A DNA stretch of 64,000 bases from NCBI GenBank assembly GCA_025359845.1, contig JANYDT010000076.1:307-64306 (forward strand), given 5' to 3'. Below the pieces are notes generated by a model, which had not been told where the DNA came from, did not search any database, and saw nothing but the letters and a program-made list of their open reading frames with translations. Positions within the stretch are counted from its first letter, which is position 1; each line of letters starts with the position of its first letter. Of the stretch, positions 28,536-34,290 are shown piece after piece. The stretch comes from Acidimicrobiia bacterium. Lineage in GTDB: Bacteria > Actinomycetota > Acidimicrobiia > Acidimicrobiales > JANYDT01. The translations under genes and the position numbers were made by a program.

Positions 28536-31500
28536 ATGAGACTGGGGCGCCGTATCGACGCGGTCGACGTCTCGATCGGCATTCCGCCGCTCGCTATCTC
28601 GGGCTCCTTCCGCCCGTCGAAGGCCGAGCAACTTGGGGCGTGGGAGTTGCTGGTGGAGCTGACGTCTCGTACCGCAGTAGCGCCGCTGGCTCCTGATGTC
28701 GGACTCTTGCGAGAAGCGCTTTCGAGTCATTATGCGCTCTTCCAGATCACCCGGGACATCTTGCGCAAGCACGGGCCGGAAGTGGCCGATTCCCGCCATG
28801 ACGGCAACCTGTCGCTCGGCGTCATGGCCATGCGCGTGCTCAACGAAGTGCTGCGCCCGACTCTGTCTCGTTGGCACCCGGCATTGGCTGACTACGAAAA
28901 CGGCCGCCCGCAAGGGGTGAGCCAACTTGAGTGGGAGCGAAGATGGGCTCGGGACAAGGAGTGCCGGACCGCGCTCAACGACGTTCGGGCCGCGGTGCGC
29001 AGTTACATCGACGCGCTCGGTCGTATCGCCGGCGCTCCTGATCTCGCCGACGCCGCCGTTGCGGTGCCCCCCTCGCGGCCGGCGCCTCTGGAGCGGCGGG
29101 CCGGCGAGTCGTCGGAATCAAAGCCCGAGCCAATTGGTGCGGAACCACAATGGCCGCGGCCCGACGGGTCGCCGAAGAAGCGGATGGTCGCATGGTTCGA
29201 CCTGGTTGAAGGCCTCCGCACGATGAAAGCCATCCGAATCGGCAAACGCGACGACAAGGCAAGGGCCGACTCGACGGCCCCCGAACGACTCGTCACCCTC
29301 GATCTGTCGGCCACGACCGGCGACGTGTGGGTCGATTATGTGGCTGATCTCGGCGACGCATTCGATGCGACGATGGCCGTGGCCTGGTTCCTCACCCGCA
29401 AGCACCTGCACGTTCCCAGCGACGAGAACGCCGAGTTCCCGGCCGTCCCGAGCGGTGGCCTCCCCCGGGGCGAGCTGCTCATCATGGGCGGCGACGAGGT
29501 GTACCCGTACGCGTCGCGCGACAGGTACGAGCAACAGACCGTCCTGCCCTACGTTTGCGCCCGAGACGACGCAACGGTCGGAAGGGTTCTGGCCCTCCCG
29601 GGCAACCACGACTACTACGGCGGGATCAATCATTTCGAGGAGCGCTTCGTGGGCGACGGCGCCGAGGTCGCAGGAACCGGCCTCGGATCCGGCCCCGGAT
29701 CTTGGGCCTCGGCCGGACAGGACCGGCGCTGGTTCTCGACCAAACTCCCGCACGGATGGTGGATCTGGGGGCTCGACACCGGCCTCGACGGATCCATCGA
29801 CAAGGGCCAGCGTGAGCACTTCCGCCATCTCGTGGCGAGCGACCAGTTCGGCCACGGCGACCGGGTCGTGCTGTGCACTCCGGTCCCGCTCTGGCAGCTG
29901 CGCCAGAAGCACGAGGGCCAGTACCAAGACCTCCGACAACACATCGACGGATGGCTCGAGCCGAAGCTGGGCACGGTCGCCCTGTTCGTGGCCGGCGACT
30001 CCCATTACTTCGCGCAATACGACGACACGAGCCGCGACGAACACCACCTCACCGTGGGCGGCGGCGGCGCCTTCCTCCATCCGACCCATTCGCTGGCCGA
30101 ACGCGTGCCGTCGGAGCGGGGCCGGCCCGAGTTCCGGCTCAACGCAAGGTGGCCGTCTCCGGTCGACAGCCGGGCCCTCGCGCCGCGCTTCACCATGCTG
30201 CGGAACCGCCAATTCCTGGCCCTGGGATTGATCTTCGCGGGGGTCTTCGGACTCGGCGCGTGGCTGGTGTCGACACGCTGGCTGCGGCTGCCGTGGGGAG
30301 CGGAGGCCGCCCGGCCCTGGCCCCTCGGCGCGCTTTCTTACGTGGCCCGGGTCGGTGCCCTGTGGCCGGTTCTATTGGTGCTGGCCGTTGCCGGTGCTTT
30401 TCTCACGACGCCGAACGCCCGCGAACACATGCTCCGCCAAGGGGCCCACCGCTACGGACTGGCATTCGGAGGCGCATTGGGCTCCGTGCTGTTCGTTGCC
30501 CTCGTCCATGCCTTCTGGCTCATCGACACGGTGATCCAGCCTTCGTGGGGGCGATTCTGGTGGTTCGGCGGGGCGTCGCTACTCGCCGGCGTCATCCTGC
30601 TCGCCACGTTCCTCCGCGGCGTTGGGTGGCTGTGCGTCCATCTCCGGGTCAACGACAACCTCGCCTTCTCTGCGGTGGCGTCGCCCCGTTTCAAACACTT
30701 CGTCCGATTTCGCTTCGACTGCGATGGGCGGCTCACCGTGTACATCGTCGGCATCGATCCGATCGGACGGGGCTGGTGGGACGCGATGGGCAAAAACCGC
30801 GTACTGCCCCCATCGGACCCCGCCGGAGTGGCCCACCTTCATTACGTGTGGGGCACGACGATTCCGGTGCGCACTGCGCCCGGCGATCCTGGCGCGGCTC
30901 TTCGCTTGGTCGCCATCTCGGTCTCGACGACCGGCGACGACGAACCCCCGGCCTCGCCGGCCCTGGAGATAGTCGTTCGCGTTGTGATAGGTGGCCTGCT
31001 GGCCGACGACATCAGTGTCGCTTACGGCGGATGGCCGGGCCCGAACGGAACAACCGAGACGGACTTCAGGTCAGTGCTCGCCGATGCGGCGACGGTCGCG
31101 ACGGCCTGCGGGACGGGCCCAAATGGACCGGACGGGACGGGTGCGGACGGCTCGGGTGCGCACGGGCCTGGTGCAGACGGGCCCGGCCCCACCAGGCCGA
31201 CAGCGGGCGTCGTGAGCTATCTCGCCGCACCCCTCTGGTCGAGAAAGGGCCCCTCCATGAGCCCCGACGGGTCGGAGATCCGCTGCGACGCCCTTCCGAG
31301 CGGTTGCAAGGTGCTGCCGCACCCGCTCGACGCGCGGGCCCTGGCCTTCACGTCGATGCGCGAGCGGATGGCGGCGGACTGCACCGCCCGCGTGATCGTC
31401 GGAGGCCGCCTCAACGACTACGCCGGGCGGTATCCCGGCGTGATCGAGGAGGCCATCACGACGATCGCGGCCGGTGGCGCCTTGTACATCGTGGGCGGGT

Positions 31501-31811
31501 TCGGAGGGGCGGCGGCGGCACTGGCCCGCCACGTCCGAGGCGAGACGGTTCCCGAACTTAGCAACATATGGCAGCGGGCCCACACCCCCGCCGTCGCCGC
31601 CCGCGGCACCCGTCTGGCCGACACGACCTACCGGATCGACCTCGAGGCCGACCTCACCGCGGCCCTTCCCCGGGGCCACTGGTCGAGCCTGCGCAACGGG
31701 CTCAGCGTCGAGCAGAACGAGCGGCTGGCGGTCGCCGCCGATCCGTCCGAAATCGTCGCGCTCATCCGCCGCGGGATCGACCAACTCTTCACCCGACGAC
31801 CTCAGCGATGA
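28536..31811 (+). CDS. Multidomain membrane protein: helical N-domain, calcineurin-type metallophosphoesterase, 4 TM helices, C-terminal SLOG/LOG-like Rossmannoid domain
   Basis: The MPE motifs are DYVADLGD, GGDEVY, LPGNHDY, VAGDSHY and GGGGAFLHP. The hydrophobic helices are FLALGLIFAGVFGLGAWLV, ALWPVLLVLAVAGAFL, GLAFGGALGSVLFVALVHAFWLI and FGGASLLAGVILLATFL. The C-terminal part reads VAISVSTTG..VVRVVIGGLLADDISVAYGGWPG...ARVIVGGRLNDYAGRYPGVIEEAITTIAAGGALYIVGGFGGAAAALA. The gene starts 3 nt after the hydrolase stop. The MPE and TM calls are firm. The SLOG-like call is motif-level only. Confidence 0.7.
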   Translation: MRLGRRIDAVDVSIGIPPLAISGSFRPSKAEQLGAWELLVELTSRTAVAPLAPDVGLLREALSSHYALFQITRDILRKHGPEVADSRHDGNLSLGVMAMRVLNEVLRPTLSRWHPALADYENGRPQGVSQLEWERRWARDKECRTALNDVRAAVRSYIDALGRIAGAPDLADAAVAVPPSRPAPLERRAGESSESKPEPIGAEPQWPRPDGSPKKRMVAWFDLVEGLRTMKAIRIGKRDDKARADSTAPERLVTLDLSATTGDVWVDYVADLGDAFDATMAVAWFLTRKHLHVPSDENAEFPAVPSGGLPRGELLIMGGDEVYPYASRDRYEQQTVLPYVCARDDATVGRVLALPGNHDYYGGINHFEERFVGDGAEVAGTGLGSGPGSWASAGQDRRWFSTKLPHGWWIWGLDTGLDGSIDKGQREHFRHLVASDQFGHGDRVVLCTPVPLWQLRQKHEGQYQDLRQHIDGWLEPKLGTVALFVAGDSHYFAQYDDTSRDEHHLTVGGGGAFLHPTHSLAERVPSERGRPEFRLNARWPSPVDSRALAPRFTMLRNRQFLALGLIFAGVFGLGAWLVSTRWLRLPWGAEAARPWPLGALSYVARVGALWPVLLVLAVAGAFLTTPNAREHMLRQGAHRYGLAFGGALGSVLFVALVHAFWLIDTVIQPSWGRFWWFGGASLLAGVILLATFLRGVGWLCVHLRVNDNLAFSAVASPRFKHFVRFRFDCDGRLTVYIVGIDPIGRGWWDAMGKNRVLPPSDPAGVAHLHYVWGTTIPVRTAPGDPGAALRLVAISVSTTGDDEPPASPALEIVVRVVIGGLLADDISVAYGGWPGPNGTTETDFRSVLADAATVATACGTGPNGPDGTGADGSGAHGPGADGPGPTRPTAGVVSYLAAPLWSRKGPSMSPDGSEIRCDALPSGCKVLPHPLDARALAFTSMRERMAADCTARVIVGGRLNDYAGRYPGVIEEAITTIAAGGALYIVGGFGGAAAALARHVRGETVPELSNIWQRAHTPAVAARGTRLADTTYRIDLEADLTAALPRGHWSSLRNGLSVEQNERLAVAADPSEIVALIRRGIDQLFTRRPQR

Positions 31812-33397
31812 CGAAAATCTTCATGAGCTACCGGCGCGCCGACAGTGCTTCGGCGACCACGTCGGTTCGGCTCCTGCTCGAGCGGTACTACCGCGACGAC
31901 GACATCTTCCAGGACTACGAGTCGATTCCTCCGGGCGACGAGTTCTGGCCGTGCATCGAAGGCCACATCAAGGCAGCCAACGTGCAGTTGGTCATGATCG
32001 GACCACGGTGGCTCACGGAGATGCATGCGAGCGGCGGCCGGCGCATCGACCACCCCGACGACTGGGTGGCGCGCGAAGTGGCGCTGGGCCTCGAAACCAA
32101 GACCGTGCGGGTGATCCCTGTGTTCGTCGACGGCGCCAACCCCGACACAGTCCTGAAAGCTGATCCCTTACCGGCCCGCATCCAATCGCTCATGAGCAAG
32201 AACGGTCGGACGCTGCGCGGTGACAGCCTCGAAGGCGACGTGAAGGAGCTCGTCGGTTGGATCGGCCGGAAGCGCTACGACCCCCGTGACAACCCTCGGA
32301 TCTACGCCGGGATCGGCGCGGCGGTGCTGGCGCTGGGGATCGCGATCGCGATCCCGGCGACGAGATCCTCGGGATCAGACACCGTCATCAGTCAGCCCAC
32401 AACCGCGGCACGCGCGCCCCTGCAGGTTCATCTCGCAGGCCCGACCGGATTGTTCGAGGACCGCGTCACCAGAGATCTGTATATAACCGATACGAAGGGG
32501 AACTGGGTCTACAAGCGTTCGCCCGACGGATCGACAGTTGCCGTGGCCGGTCGGGGCGAGTCGAAAATTCAGGCCTTCAGCGAGTCCGGCGTCGCCACCG
32601 ATCTATACCTCTATCGCCCCGCCGGCATCGTCAGCGCCAGCGACGGGGTGCTCTGGTTCGCGGACCACGGCATCATCCGTTTCCTTTCCAACGGCCGAAT
32701 CGCCACCGGTGCGGGCATCTACGGCCAGTCAATCTACGACGGGGACGGCGAAGCCGTCCAACGGTCGATCAACCCCAACATGTTGGCCATCGGCCCCGAC
32801 GACAGCATCTACTTCTCCGACACCGACAACCATCTCGTCCGAGTCCTCCAAGGCGGCCGTTTCCGGACCCTGGCCGGAGTAAGAGTCGACGAAAAACCCG
32901 TCGGTGGCTTCAATGGCGAAGACGGAGTCGGCACGGCTATCAAGTTGAACAGACCGTACGGAGTCGCGATTGACGCTCACGACAACCTTTACATCGCCGA
33001 CACCGAAAACAATCGAGTCCGCAAACTCTCCCTGACAACCCACCAAATTACAACCGTCGCAGGCGGCGGCACGTCATCAGCCGACGGCCCCGCCCTCCAA
33101 GTCGCGCTCGACAACCCAACCGGGGTCACTGTCGCCCCCGATGGGTCCGTTTACATCTCCGAATACGCAGGAAACCGAGTTCGTAAACTGAGCGTCGATG
33201 GTCTCTTGACGACGGTGGCCGGGAAAGACAGCGCAACGTGCAAAAGCGGGGATCGACCCGTCTCGTCTTGCACGCTCCAAGGCCCCAACACCGTGCTGGC
33301 CGCGGCCGACGGGAGCGGCATCTACATCAGCGAATACGTCGGCCACAAAGTACGCAAACTGGACCTGGACGGCAAGCTCACACTCGTTCAAGGCTGA
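31808..33397 (+). CDS. TIR domain - single TM - NHL-repeat beta-propeller protein (receptor-like)
   Basis: From the ATG overlapping the upstream stop (ATGA, 31808-31811) the protein reads MTKIFMSYRRADS...DDWVAREVALGL, a TIR_2-type signature with Glu at 32075-32077. A TM helix IYAGIGAAVLALGIAIAIPA follows the basic stretch GRKRYDPRDNPR. Repeated NHL-like blades follow (LYIADTENNRVRKL, VYISEYAGNRVRKL, IYISEYVGHKVRKL, IYFSDTDNHLVRVL). Confidence 0.8.
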   Translation: MTKIFMSYRRADSASATTSVRLLLERYYRDDDIFQDYESIPPGDEFWPCIEGHIKAANVQLVMIGPRWLTEMHASGGRRIDHPDDWVAREVALGLETKTVRVIPVFVDGANPDTVLKADPLPARIQSLMSKNGRTLRGDSLEGDVKELVGWIGRKRYDPRDNPRIYAGIGAAVLALGIAIAIPATRSSGSDTVISQPTTAARAPLQVHLAGPTGLFEDRVTRDLYITDTKGNWVYKRSPDGSTVAVAGRGESKIQAFSESGVATDLYLYRPAGIVSASDGVLWFADHGIIRFLSNGRIATGAGIYGQSIYDGDGEAVQRSINPNMLAIGPDDSIYFSDTDNHLVRVLQGGRFRTLAGVRVDEKPVGGFNGEDGVGTAIKLNRPYGVAIDAHDNLYIADTENNRVRKLSLTTHQITTVAGGGTSSADGPALQVALDNPTGVTVAPDGSVYISEYAGNRVRKLSVDGLLTTVAGKDSATCKSGDRPVSSCTLQGPNTVLAAADGSGIYISEYVGHKVRKLDLDGKLTLVQG

Positions 33398-33441
33398 GCC
33401 CAAGCCCTTCCCGCCGACTCGGCGCCAGCGCGGCCTCTGCG

Positions 33442-33657
33442 TCAGCTGTCGTAGCGGAAGCCGAGCTTGAGCGTCACTTGGAACTGGCGGACTTCTGACA
33501 TCGGTCCGATCGCCCCCCGGATGTCGGTCACCTCGAACCAGTCGAGATTGCGCAGCGACTCGCTGGCCCGCCTGATGCCGTTCTTGATGGCGTCGTCCAG
33601 TCCGACGTCGGAGGTCCCCACCAAGTGCGTGATGGCAAATGTCGAGTTGTCGGGCAT
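33442..33657 (-). CDS. Dodecin family flavin-binding protein
   Basis: The 71-aa product is ...FAITHLVGTSDVGLDDAIKNGIRRASESLRNLDWFEVTDIRGAI...VRQFQVTLKLGFRYD. It matches the dodecin pattern (VGTS...A...RNLDWFEV...FQVTLKVGF) that I recall. Confidence 0.8.
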   Translation of the reverse strand: MPDNSTFAITHLVGTSDVGLDDAIKNGIRRASESLRNLDWFEVTDIRGAIGPMSEVRQFQVTLKLGFRYDS

Positions 33658-33921
33658 AGCGCTCCTTTTTGATGTGTCGCATTGGCGTAGCCAAGCGAAC
33701 GAGATACTAGCGACCTCAGCATTGCGCCGCTCGGCTGGCGCTCCTGGTCATTGGGGCGAGTGTTCGCAGCGGCTCGCGACACCACGCGACTTCGACCGCG
33801 ACGCGCCAGGACTCTGCGACTTGCCCTGACGTCTCGGCTGGCCGAAAGGCGTAGTGTGGCGGTGTGCCCATCGCTGTTGCCTCGTTCGGGAACGTAGTGG
33901 TGGAAAATCGCGAAGTGCGTG

Positions 33922-34290
33922 ATGCTTGAAGTCGGGTTTGATGCCGCGAATCTGTTGGAAGTGCTGGAGGGGGCGAGTTTTCAAGATATAGATGAGTTGG
34001 CGTTTGGGTTAGTCGTAATGGATCGTGCTGGTGACGTTGTCTTTTATAATGCTGACGAAGCTGCCCGAGCCGGCCTTTCGGCGGATCGGGTGATTGGGCG
34101 CAACTTTTTCGAGTCGGTTGGTCCCTGCACAAACAATTATTTGGTGGCGCAGCGCTTCTTGGATGAGCCGGACCTCGATGAGTTTGTGGATTTCGTTTTC
34201 ACGTTACGTATGGCGCCGACGCCGGTGCGGTTGAGGATGATGGCAAGCGCCGGCTCTCCACGCCAGTACTTGGCCGTACTGGATCGATGA
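33922..34290 (+). CDS. pyp: Photoactive yellow protein (PYP)-like PAS domain protein
   Basis: The 122-aa product from ATG 33922 (a GTG at 33919 is also in frame) is alignable over its full length with my recollection of Halorhodospira PYP: AFGLVVMDRAGDVVFYNADEAARAGLSADRVIGRNFFESVGPCTNN...FTLRMAPTPVRLRM versus [46 protein letters not shown]...FDYQMTPTKVKVHM. The chromophore Cys (tgc 34126-34128), the Tyr in FYN and the Glu in ADE are all present. Confidence 0.8.
   Translation: MLEVGFDAANLLEVLEGASFQDIDELAFGLVVMDRAGDVVFYNADEAARAGLSADRVIGRNFFESVGPCTNNYLVAQRFLDEPDLDEFVDFVFTLRMAPTPVRLRMMASAGSPRQYLAVLDR

Noticed and set aside
33077-33694. 205-aa minus-strand ORF spanning the end of the TIR-NHL gene and the dodecin gene.
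   Set aside because: It is out of frame with the well-supported 71-aa dodecin ORF and antisense to the NHL repeats. The translation is Arg-rich.
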